Source: Eubacteriales bacterium (GTDB taxonomy: Bacteria > Bacillota > Clostridia > Peptostreptococcales > Anaerovoracaceae). From it: a stretch of DNA of 64,000 nt. The DNA is taken from NCBI GenBank assembly GCA_037144355.1, contig JBAWWY010000007.1, forward strand, positions 1,083-65,082, read 5' to 3'. Position numbers and translations under genes: made by a program. The notes beneath the pieces were generated by a model. The model worked only from the letters and a program-made list of their open reading frames with translations, ran no database searches and had not been told where the DNA came from. This document shows, one piece after another, positions 45,078 to 53,748 of the stretch (position 1 is its first letter; every line of letters begins with the position of its first letter).

Positions 45078-45107
45078 ATTATATACTCTCTTTAAAATAT
45101 AATGTCA
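45078..45107 (-). promoter_or_regulatory. Consensus sigma-A-type promoter for gvpA
   Basis: Minus strand: TTGACA (45107-45102), 18 nt spacer, TATAAT (45083-45078). It lies ~37 nt upstream of the gvpA ATG. Confidence 0.65.
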
Positions 45108-45116
45108 ATATGCCTA

Positions 45117-45145
45117 TTGACATTTACCATTATTTATTTTATAAT
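45117..45145 (+). promoter_or_regulatory. Consensus sigma-A-type promoter for the divergent gene 45205-46410
   Basis: Plus strand: TTGACA (45117-45122), 17 nt spacer, TATAAT (45140-45145). Confidence 0.65.
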
Positions 45146-45204
45146 TCATTGTGTATTATTTATCTAAATGTCACCCCTTATATATTTAGGGCCAATAAGG
45201 AAAG

Positions 45205-46410
45205 GTGGTGCTGGGTTTGTCCAAAAATCAACAATTAAGATCTGACATTATACGCCAAGCCAATTCAGGATTACTAACCGTTCCAAAAGCTGCCTTTGCC
45301 CTTGGTATATCAGAAAGACAAGTTCAACGTCTGAAGAAAATTATGAGAATTTCGGATTCTGGTGATTCCTCTGGTTTGAATTCTATTAGGAAAGCATACA
45401 ACTCCATACCCGAAGATATTAAAAATAGTATTCTTGAGATAAAAAATCAGGAAGAATATATTAATTGTAATTTTTATAATTTCAATGAAATACTAAGTAA
45501 TTTCTATGATATAAAAATTAGCTACTCAACTTTATATAAAATCTTATCATACAATGGATACAAATCTCCGAAAACCAGGAGACGTTTCAAAAGGCATACT
45601 AGAATTAAAAAAATAACTAATAGCCGGGTGCTTTTTCAATTAGTCTCCCCATCATTTGCATGGTTTGGGAATAAGGAAGAATATATTCTACATATTGATA
45701 TAGCGAATACCCCTTCACAGATTTCTGCTATTTATTTGAAAAGTAGTGAAGATTCTATTAATGTCACTAGTATGAAAGAGTCTCCTAAAAAGTTTTCAAA
45801 GTTTATTGGTGAGGAAGATAGCAATGACAAAAGTCTTTCCATAGTAAGGTTGCCGGATTCCGATTGGATTTCCATAACGCCCCATGGTAATACAGTTTAT
45901 CAAAATAACAGTAATCATTTTGGCAAACCTCCAAAAAAAAATATTGGGACCAAGCTAATAGCCCCTAGATCCCCACACAGCAAGCTTCGTATCGATAGAC
46001 TTTGGGAAATTCTACAGGGTTGGCTTTCAATAGAGTTTGCTCAAAGGGAAATTAAAAGCATAGATCAAGCAAATAAATATCTTCGCGTTTTTGTTCAAGC
46101 AAATACACCTCTCGGCAGTTATATTTCAAATTTAAACGACCGATTTATTCTGCCTATGGATAGTCTTGAGGGCGATATAATTAAAGCACTTGCAAAGTTT
46201 AATTTTGATGAGGATTTCATGCGCAAGAAGAAGCTATCCATGAAAAGAGCCGGACTTGTTTCAATAAAAAACGCCAGCTTCAAAATGGATAAGCAGTTGT
46301 TTGAAAAAAAGAATTTTGAAGAATATATGAAAAGAAGAGTTGTTTATAAAAATCGTGATACTGAAATTTTAGATATGATTTCAGAAATATTCCAAAAGAG
46401 CTATAAATAG
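45205..46410 (+). CDS. ISNCY-like transposase-derived HTH protein with a degenerate catalytic core (possibly domesticated)
   Basis: N-terminal HTH (AAFALGISERQVQRLKK). Collinear with the ISNCY-type transposase pattern: Y..FN..F.E.L...Y.I.ISYSTLYKIL; L-Q-x-[D]-xSP..WF here reads LFQLVSPSFAWF (Asp replaced); IDDAT here reads IDIAN; SPQAKGRIER here reads SPHSKLRIDR. GTG start. Confidence 0.55.
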   Translation: MVLGLSKNQQLRSDIIRQANSGLLTVPKAAFALGISERQVQRLKKIMRISDSGDSSGLNSIRKAYNSIPEDIKNSILEIKNQEEYINCNFYNFNEILSNFYDIKISYSTLYKILSYNGYKSPKTRRRFKRHTRIKKITNSRVLFQLVSPSFAWFGNKEEYILHIDIANTPSQISAIYLKSSEDSINVTSMKESPKKFSKFIGEEDSNDKSLSIVRLPDSDWISITPHGNTVYQNNSNHFGKPPKKNIGTKLIAPRSPHSKLRIDRLWEILQGWLSIEFAQREIKSIDQANKYLRVFVQANTPLGSYISNLNDRFILPMDSLEGDIIKALAKFNFDEDFMRKKKLSMKRAGLVSIKNASFKMDKQLFEKKNFEEYMKRRVVYKNRDTEILDMISEIFQKSYK

Positions 46411-46433
46411 AATCTGCAATTTCATGTTGTTTT

Positions 46434-46465
46434 AAAAAGGAGATGGTTTTATCCATCTCCTTTTC
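46434..46465. terminator. Bidirectional terminator between the convergent genes 45205-46410 and 46476-47126
   Basis: AAAAAGGAGATGG-ttttat-CCATCTCCTTTTC. Confidence 0.8.
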
Positions 46466-46475
46466 TGTATTCAAA

Positions 46476-47126
46476 TTAATTATTCATAAGCTCATTTGCC
46501 AGGGTAACTGCCTCTGCCGCGTTTTCGCTAAAACCATCGGCTCCAATCTTTTGGCACCATCTGGAAGTTACAGGTGCTCCACCTACCATTGTTTTAAATC
46601 TGCCTTTGAGTCCACGTTCTTTCAACAGAGACTCCAGCTTTTGTTGCTGTATCATGGTAGTGGTGAGCAATGTGCTTGTGCCAATAATATCCGCATTATG
46701 TTTAACGGCTTCTTCAATGATATTCTCATTGGAGACATCCCTTCCAAGATCAATGACTTCAAAGCCGTTGGCAACTAAAAGCGAAGCAACAATGCACTTG
46801 CCTATGTCATGTAAATCGCTCTCAACGGTTGCAAGTATTATTCTGCCCTTTTGCTTCCTCTTTTCTCCCCGGTCCTCCATTGCCTTGTTGAGAATTTCCA
46901 CAGCTTCCTTTATTGCATCTGCCGCCATCATGACTTCAGGTAAAAACACTTCGCCATCTTCAAACAAATCCCCTATTTCCATAATCCCTGGTACAAATCC
47001 CTTTTCTATAAATTCTTCAGGCTCAACTCCATCGTCAAGACCCTTTTGTGCGAGAGATAGGGCGAGAATTTTATCGCCATCAATGATGGATTGCTTTGCT
47101 GCTTCTAATAATTTAGAATCAATCAT
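46476..47126 (-). CDS. Methyltransferase-cognate corrinoid (B12-binding) protein, MtbC/MttC-like
   Basis: 216 aa. The B12-binding-2 cap is followed by ESDLHDIGKCIV (DxHxxG), then GTSTLLTTT and GGAP. Its ATG overlaps the stop of mtbB by 1 nt. Confidence 0.85.
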   Translation of the reverse strand: MIDSKLLEAAKQSIIDGDKILALSLAQKGLDDGVEPEEFIEKGFVPGIMEIGDLFEDGEVFLPEVMMAADAIKEAVEILNKAMEDRGEKRKQKGRIILATVESDLHDIGKCIVASLLVANGFEVIDLGRDVSNENIIEEAVKHNADIIGTSTLLTTTMIQQQKLESLLKERGLKGRFKTMVGGAPVTSRWCQKIGADGFSENAAEAVTLANELMNN

Positions 47127-48544
47127 TATTTTTGTCCCCTCTCATGCATATATTTTGGGAGATACATTCCAGTCTTCTTTGAGAATTTCTCAACACAGTT
47201 GATTTCAATATCCAGCAATTTTGAGATATTTGCCTTAGCTTCAATTCCCCGACTTACAGCTCCATAACCCATAAATATAGTTCCAATATCCAACTCTTCC
47301 CTTCGCTCCCGCATGACAACCTCATCGGTTAGATCAAGCAGGCTTACTCCGAGTTTTTCTGCAACATATCTTTTTGCTTCATCGAGTTTCATGCTCTTTG
47401 CAAGCTGCATTCTTGACACCAGATCTCCGGCTGTCCTTATGCCGCCCATTCCAGATGCTTGACTGTGAACAATTGCCATTCCAGAGGGATCGCCATAGCC
47501 TACCTACAACCCATCCAACTTTCCGATTTCCGCCATTGCCGTAGATGCTCTAGAGACGCAGTCAATTGGTGGAGTAATTTGCATTGGAACTCCTCCGACT
47601 CCCATGCCCACATTTGCGTGCACTGGTATTGGAGAAACCTCTGCGGCATATTTGCACATTGTCAGTGCTCTTGCAAGGTTCCATGGGAAACTTTTTCTAG
47701 TATTGGTATTCACTACTGCTCCAAATACGTTTCCACCAGCTTCGGCTACAATCTTCGCTTGGTCGTGTGGGTACATTCCTGCTAGCCTTTTACCCTTGTA
47801 CTCAAGCTCGCTATGGAATCCCAGCACAAATTCTCCCGACATTCCAACTTCAATATTAATATCAGGATACTTAGCTCTCAGCCTCTCAACTCCGTGAAGA
47901 ACAGCATAAAATTCAGCATCTCCCCCTGCTGCAGTAGTATCGAAATCAATTCCGTCGGCACCAGCTTCATACATTGCCGATCCAACAACGTTTATATCTT
48001 TTATCAGCATTTCTGCTGCCATGACCTGTGCCTCTTGAGCTTCTTTTATAAACCCTTTCGGCATCAGCTCAGCTGAATTCTCGCATGGGCCGTCAGGTTT
48101 TGTATACATTGGCATATTTGGCATTGCGCCATAAAGCAAAGGTGGCGTGGTTACCAGAAGTGCTTCGGCAACAGCATACTGCTCTTCAGGCAAGATGGAT
48201 TTCACGGATTTGAAACTATAATGAACGTAAGCCATCTCCAGGGTATCTGCCATCATCGCCCTTTCATATAATTGAAGTATCTGAGGCATAGCTATAGGAA
48301 TTCCCAGTCTGGTAATCTTCAGGGGCTGAGAATCGTAGCTTAAAACAAGTTCATTCCCGCGTTCCACGCTTACGAATTTTCTCGGCTCACAGATTATGCC
48401 CATCAATCTTTCAATATCGTCATCTGTAAGTGGTGGGCATTTTGCTTTCTTAGCTGCTGTCATTACTCCGTCTTCGATATCTTTTCTGATTTCTGAAGTT
48501 GACATTTCAATAAAATAACCGTCTCCCATTCTCGTTAAAACCAT
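47126..48544 (-). CDS. mtbB: Dimethylamine methyltransferase MtbB with an in-frame UAG (predicted pyrrolysine) at codon 347
   Basis: Track ORFs 47504-48580 and 47126-47479 are in the same frame and are separated only by TAG (47506-47504) plus 8 sense codons. Read-through gives ...AEIGKLDGL-[UAG][29 protein letters not shown]... The full 472-aa product is collinear with archaeal MtbB as I recall it (~467 aa, Pyl ~356), e.g. [39 protein letters not shown]. Start is [10 protein letters not shown], after RBS aaggaga. Confidence 0.85.
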
Positions 48545-48611
48545 AAGTTTTCTCCTTATAATAACAAGTGCTATAAGCAACTAAAAATATATATGGTAGG
48601 TTAATATAATA

Positions 48612-51600
48612 CTATTTATTATCAAATGTTTCAAAATTTTTATTAATGACATTCTCTGCGAATACCTTGACAATTTCCGGATCAAATTGCACCCCGGAAT
48701 ATTTTAAGATTTCATCAATTGCTTCCTGCTGGGTCAAAGCACTACTGTAGGCTCTTTGGCTTGTCATTGCATCATATGCGTCTGCGATTGATATTATCCT
48801 GGCTTGAATGGAGATCTCTTTTCCTTTTAATCCTCTTGGATAGCCAGAGCCATCCCATTTTTCCTGATGTTCCAATACATAATTTGCTACCTCGGAAAAT
48901 TCATTTACTGAGCTGAGAATTCTATAACCTATTTCAGAATGTTTCTTGATTTCGTTCCATTCTTCATCAGTAAGTTTTTCTGGCTTGTTTAGAATTTTTT
49001 CGTCGATACCGATTTTCCCAATATCATGCATCAATCCTGCAATTTTAATTTGTTTGATTGTATCTTTTTCCAAATTCAATTTTCTGGCCAATGATTCACA
49101 AATTTCACTTACTCTCTTCGAATGGAGCATTTCCCTATGGTTCTTCTCGTATAGGGTATTCATGATTAAATCAATTGTCTTGCTTCTCATACTTGAGCTT
49201 TCATAGAGTTTATGTCGATACATATTGTCCTCAGTATCTTTAAAGACATCTTGAATTTTTTCATCTTTTTCATGCTTGGTCTGAAAACCAAAAGAAACAG
49301 ATAGATTGATAGATCCCACTTTTTCATTTGACAGAAATGTATTTATACGCTGAATTATTTTTTCGGTTTCTATCGAGTCCGTATTTGGTAGAATAATTAC
49401 AAACTCGTCACCTCCCAGCCTAGCGACGATGTCATCCTCCCTACACCCACATTTAATTGCGTCTGCAGTTTTCTTAAGTAGTTCATCTCCCACATTGTGG
49501 CCAAATGAGTCATTAATAAGTTTCAAGCCATTTACATCACCCATGACAATGGTCATAGGAAGATTTCTTGGCGTATCCAATCTTGTTAGCTCTTCTTCGT
49601 AAAATCTACGATTGTAGAGATTAGTCAAGTGGTCGTGGAAGCTTAGATATCTAATTTCTTCTTCTGTCCTTTTTCTTTCATCAATATTTCTACTCGTTCC
49701 GACTATCTCGATTTCTCCATTGGCATTGTATCTGTATCTAGTTACAATTTCCACCCAGATTATATCCCCATTTTTGCAAGGTTGCTGGATTTCGGTTGCT
49801 TGTGAGTTTTCTTCATTTGGATTTTCAATAAAATATTTAATATCCTTTATCATAGTTTCTTTTACTAGCGACAACGATTCAGAAGTTAAGGCATCTTCCA
49901 GTTTTTCATTGATTCCCTCTTGGACGGTAATTCCTCGCAATTTGTATATGGATGGGCTTAGATAAGCGAATTTTTCTTTTGACACATTATATATCCAAAT
50001 TACATCAGATATATTCTCTGTAATTAACCTGTATTTTTCCTCGCTAGCCCTTATCAATTCTTCAGATTCTTTTTTTTCTGTAATATCTCTTATGCTCTCT
50101 ATCACACCGATTATTTTCCCTGCTGAATCATGAAGTGGAGATGCCTTGGTATAAATCCATGCACCTTTATTGTTATGGAGCGCTGGGCAGAAGACTTCAG
50201 CCACCAATGCTTCATCTTCACGTTTCATGTTCTTATATCTGCCTGCGACTTCTTCATTGTAATCAAGAACCAAGTCCATCAATTGTGGTCTCGCATCCCC
50301 GTAGAATGGTATAGTATAAGCATATTCTCCCTTTCCAATCATTTCGGGAGCAGCTATGCCGGTCATCTTCTCAATAGCTTTGTTCCAAATTATTACACGC
50401 TTTTCCATGTCTATGCCAAGAGTCGCATCCGGCAAAAATTCAATTATATCCATTAATTCCTTTTGTTTCGACTGTAGCTTTTCAGCCGAATTTACCCTAT
50501 CGGTAATATCCCTTATGGAAATTAAAATAACATTTCGGTTATCCATTTTGAAAATGCTTGCTGTAATCTCCACGGGGAACTTAGATCCATTCTTTCTCTT
50601 ATGGTATCTAATGGGGATTAATGTATATGTTCCCTGTATCTCTTCAATCGTCTTAAGTGTTTCTTCTGGTTCTGCAGAAATGTCAGTAATCTTCATTTTC
50701 AAAAATTCTTCGATGGAATATCCATAAACAAAAGAAGCTGCATTATTTGCCTCGAGTATTGAAGTTGTTTCATGATCGATTATAAAAAGGGAATCGCTTT
50801 CTAAAGCAAATATATTGCGATATCTATCCTCACTTTCCTTCAATGCCTCTTCCGCATTTTTACGTTCGGAAATATCTCTTGTTATCCCCTGAAATCCAAT
50901 GATGCTTCCATCATCTTCTCTTATAAATGAAATATGCATTGATACCCAGAAAGTTGAGCCATCGGCTCTATACATTTTTGTTTCAATTTGTCTTGTTCTA
51001 TCTTTATGGATCTGAGGATTATTTTCATTCCCAATTTCTTCCGTTATGATAGACCTTATTTCATTTAAAAATTCTGGGGGGAATTTCTCTTCCATGTTCC
51101 TACCCATATATTTATCGCTTGGCTCACCTATTAGTTTTTCAGCGGAAGGGCTGATATATAGCAATTTGAGGTTGTTGTCAACCACCCAGATGACGTCGGA
51201 GATGTTTTCGGCAATTCTACGATATTTTTTTTCATTCTCTTTCAATTTGAGTTGTAACTCACTTTTTGAGAACTGATTTGCTAAAAGAATGCAAAGAAGG
51301 TAAGTTCCAATTGGATAAAGAACTAATACCGGAATGGCGATGCTCTTTAAAACGCTTTCAATTTGCTCTTTCGGGAAAGCAAACATGCAAAGGAGCATTA
51401 CAATATGAGTTATAACGCCAAAAAAATAAAACTCAAACTTGAATGAGCTTTTTTTATTTAATATTTTATTCAAACGATAATGGTGCCACAAAACTCCCAG
51501 CAAGCCAGTTGTGGAAATGACTAAAATACCTGCGTAAATCCCAGAACCACCTATTATAATTCTATAGGCTACCATCATGGATCCTGCAACAAGCGTCGGC

Positions 51601-51845
51601 AATAATCCGAAGAACATTCCTGTAGCGCCGATTAATATGGATCTTGTATCAAAAATTCCTCCACCACTAAGTTTCACGGCGGTAGTCATAATCAGGAAAC
51701 CGGCAAAACCAATGACAATACCCAAAGCCAATTGCAGCAGCCATTTTGGACCGCGCATTTCTCTTTGGAAAAGTGTAAATATCAATGCCAAGGTTAAAAG
51801 AAGAGTTACATTATAAATAAGCCCAATAATAGAATTGTTATCCAT
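48612..51845 (-). CDS. Membrane-anchored multi-PAS signalling protein with GGDEF (diguanylate cyclase) and HD-GYP (c-di-GMP phosphodiesterase) output domains
   Basis: 1077 aa. N-terminal ~6 TM (5TM-LytS-like), several PAS units (repeated ITERK/ITEKK boundaries), RLGGDEFVIIL (GGDEF), and HDIGKIGI...HQEKWDGSGYPRGL (HD-GYP). Confidence 0.85.
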   Translation of the reverse strand: MDNNSIIGLIYNVTLLLTLALIFTLFQREMRGPKWLLQLALGIVIGFAGFLIMTTAVKLSGGGIFDTRSILIGATGMFFGLLPTLVAGSMMVAYRIIIGGSGIYAGILVISTTGLLGVLWHHYRLNKILNKKSSFKFEFYFFGVITHIVMLLCMFAFPKEQIESVLKSIAIPVLVLYPIGTYLLCILLANQFSKSELQLKLKENEKKYRRIAENISDVIWVVDNNLKLLYISPSAEKLIGEPSDKYMGRNMEEKFPPEFLNEIRSIITEEIGNENNPQIHKDRTRQIETKMYRADGSTFWVSMHISFIREDDGSIIGFQGITRDISERKNAEEALKESEDRYRNIFALESDSLFIIDHETTSILEANNAASFVYGYSIEEFLKMKITDISAEPEETLKTIEEIQGTYTLIPIRYHKRKNGSKFPVEITASIFKMDNRNVILISIRDITDRVNSAEKLQSKQKELMDIIEFLPDATLGIDMEKRVIIWNKAIEKMTGIAAPEMIGKGEYAYTIPFYGDARPQLMDLVLDYNEEVAGRYKNMKREDEALVAEVFCPALHNNKGAWIYTKASPLHDSAGKIIGVIESIRDITEKKESEELIRASEEKYRLITENISDVIWIYNVSKEKFAYLSPSIYKLRGITVQEGINEKLEDALTSESLSLVKETMIKDIKYFIENPNEENSQATEIQQPCKNGDIIWVEIVTRYRYNANGEIEIVGTSRNIDERKRTEEEIRYLSFHDHLTNLYNRRFYEEELTRLDTPRNLPMTIVMGDVNGLKLINDSFGHNVGDELLKKTADAIKCGCREDDIVARLGGDEFVIILPNTDSIETEKIIQRINTFLSNEKVGSINLSVSFGFQTKHEKDEKIQDVFKDTEDNMYRHKLYESSSMRSKTIDLIMNTLYEKNHREMLHSKRVSEICESLARKLNLEKDTIKQIKIAGLMHDIGKIGIDEKILNKPEKLTDEEWNEIKKHSEIGYRILSSVNEFSEVANYVLEHQEKWDGSGYPRGLKGKEISIQARIISIADAYDAMTSQRAYSSALTQQEAIDEILKYSGVQFDPEIVKVFAENVINKNFETFDNK

Positions 51846-52084
51846 TTCCCCTCGCTTATAAAATGATAATTCTTAAAATGTAAAAGGGTTCATTAAGCTG
51901 CGAATTTTCTCTATACGAAGATTCTACCACTTTTGAAATATTTTAGGTAGTGATATTTTCCTTGAATACTAGTCATTATTTTATATTTGAAAACTCCGAG
52001 GATATTCTATATAATCAAGTTTGCAATAAAATAAAATCCAGAATTATCTTAGTGAATATAAAATATATTTCAAGGGGGAAAATC

Positions 52085-52321
52085 ATGAAAAACAAGGATA
52101 GGATAAAGCTTTCGAAAGAAAAGAAAGATGATATGATAATATCAATCAAGAACTATTTTCTACATGAGAGGGATGAGGAATTGGGAGATTTAGCTTCCAA
52201 TTTAATGTTGAATTTCATAATAGAAGAATTGGCCCCGGAATTTTACAATCAGGGTGTTTATGATTCAAGCAAATTCATAAATGAAAGAAGCGAAGACCTT
52301 TTGTCGCTACAGATTTACTAA
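52085..52321 (+). CDS. DUF2164-like small protein
   Basis: 78 aa: MKNKDRIKLSKEKKDDMIISIKNYFLHERDEELGDLASNLMLNFIIEELAPEFYNQGVYD. Start set after RBS aaggggga. Confidence 0.5.
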   Translation: MKNKDRIKLSKEKKDDMIISIKNYFLHERDEELGDLASNLMLNFIIEELAPEFYNQGVYDSSKFINERSEDLLSLQIY

Positions 52322-52359
52322 GCAAATAATTGGTAACTTAATAAATGGTCATGCTTTGC

Positions 52360-53715
52360 TTAAATATGCTTAAGTAGCTTACCCAAATTACGTGCTTTAA
52401 TCTCATTATTTTCAACCGCTATCTGTCCATTGACAATTATATAATCTATACCATCAGGTGGAGCGTTTGGGTCCCCTCTGCCAATATAGTCAGATTTATC
52501 TTTAATTTTCTTTAAATCTAAGATAAGCAGGTCAGCGTCTGCTCCCTTGTCAATAAAACCCTTGCCAATTATTCCAAATCGTTTGGCAGGTAATATGGTA
52601 ATTTTCTTGATGGCCTCAACCAAATCAATTATTTTTTCCTCCACTACATACCTTTTGATAAGTTTTGCAAATGTGCCTGATGTTTCAGGGTGGCCGATTT
52701 TCGTATAATGCGGTCCATCGGCAGCATTTGTGGAAATATATACATAGGGTTTCACAATTGACTTTTCAATTTGCTTTTCATCGCAGGCAAATACAGTTAC
52801 AAGGGTGTTTGGGAACTCTTCTCTGAGATATCTAAATAACTTTTCATCGCAATAGTTACCTGCATAGATTCCTGATGATATTAGCAAATTCTTGACCCCT
52901 ATATTATTGCCATATCCCTTCTCCCATCCTTTATCCAGTATTGAAGAACCGATGCAAGATGGAAATGCTGAATAAATTCCTGTATCTGCTGTGATATCTA
53001 TACCTTCGCTTCTAGCTGAATCAATTATTTCAAGTGCCTGGTCCATGACTCCCTGAAATCCAACCATATACATCAAGTGCAATATATGCACAGCTGCCCC
53101 CGTAATTCTGCAAATTTCGATAATCTCCTTAAATGTGTCAATTGCCTCCTGCCCATCTTTCCGTAAATGGATTAGTAATACTCTTTCATATTTTTTTGCC
53201 GTTTCTGCGATTCGAAGGATTTCTTCAAATGATGTTCCTGGAACAAACTCTAAGCCTAAATGAATACAATACGCCCCGTTTTCAAAAAATTGTTCTGCAA
53301 GGTATGACATCGCATCAATTTCCTTTTGTGTCGCAGGCTTATATCTTTCCTTTATACCTACAGCCGGTCTAAGTGTAAATGAGTGAGAGAAATTGAACCC
53401 ATGATTAAGAAGGAACCCCTTCCTTTCAATATCAAAAATAGCCCGTCCATCAAAACTTCTTTCTCCGCCAAGTGTTGTTGTCGCACCCTGCCTTAGAACA
53501 CATTCAGCTGAAAATTCTTTTCCATCAACGTGAGAATGAAAATCAATAAAACCTGGAGATATGATTTTCCCCACACCATCGATCTTTATCTCTGCATCAA
53601 CAATGTCATCAGTAATCTCAACGATTTTACCAGATTTAATCCCAATGTTTTTCTTGATAATGCTATCATTGACCACATCGATAAATTTCGCACCATTTAT
53701 TGCAATATTGTTCAT
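52360..53715 (-). CDS. Metal-dependent amidohydrolase (D-aminoacylase / cyclic amidase-like), paralogue 2
   Basis: 451 aa, collinear with 24133-25521: SPGFIDFHSHVDGKEFSAECVLRQGATTTLGGER..., ITILPAKRFG, DADLLILD. Confidence 0.75.
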   Translation of the reverse strand: MNNIAINGAKFIDVVNDSIIKKNIGIKSGKIVEITDDIVDAEIKIDGVGKIISPGFIDFHSHVDGKEFSAECVLRQGATTTLGGERSFDGRAIFDIERKGFLLNHGFNFSHSFTLRPAVGIKERYKPATQKEIDAMSYLAEQFFENGAYCIHLGLEFVPGTSFEEILRIAETAKKYERVLLIHLRKDGQEAIDTFKEIIEICRITGAAVHILHLMYMVGFQGVMDQALEIIDSARSEGIDITADTGIYSAFPSCIGSSILDKGWEKGYGNNIGVKNLLISSGIYAGNYCDEKLFRYLREEFPNTLVTVFACDEKQIEKSIVKPYVYISTNAADGPHYTKIGHPETSGTFAKLIKRYVVEEKIIDLVEAIKKITILPAKRFGIIGKGFIDKGADADLLILDLKKIKDKSDYIGRGDPNAPPDGIDYIIVNGQIAVENNEIKARNLGKLLKHI

Positions 53716-53748
53716 ACTAACTTCCTTGCTGTTTAAGATTTTTAGAAC

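Noticed and set aside
45205-46410. Calling this an active insertion sequence (mobile element).
   Set aside because: No terminal inverted repeats or direct repeats were recognised around it. The first catalytic Asp motif appears to be lost. The gene has a dedicated consensus promoter interlocked with gvpA's. It is reported as a transposase-derived CDS instead.
47126-48580. The ORF track presents 47504-48580 (358 aa) and 47126-47479 (117 aa) as two separate genes.
   Set aside because: They are in the same frame and are separated only by a TAG plus 8 sense codons. Together they reconstitute one MtbB-length protein, so I treat them as a single UAG-containing gene. The N-terminal 12 codons of the track ORF were also dropped in favour of the ATG at 48544, which has an AAGGAGA RBS.
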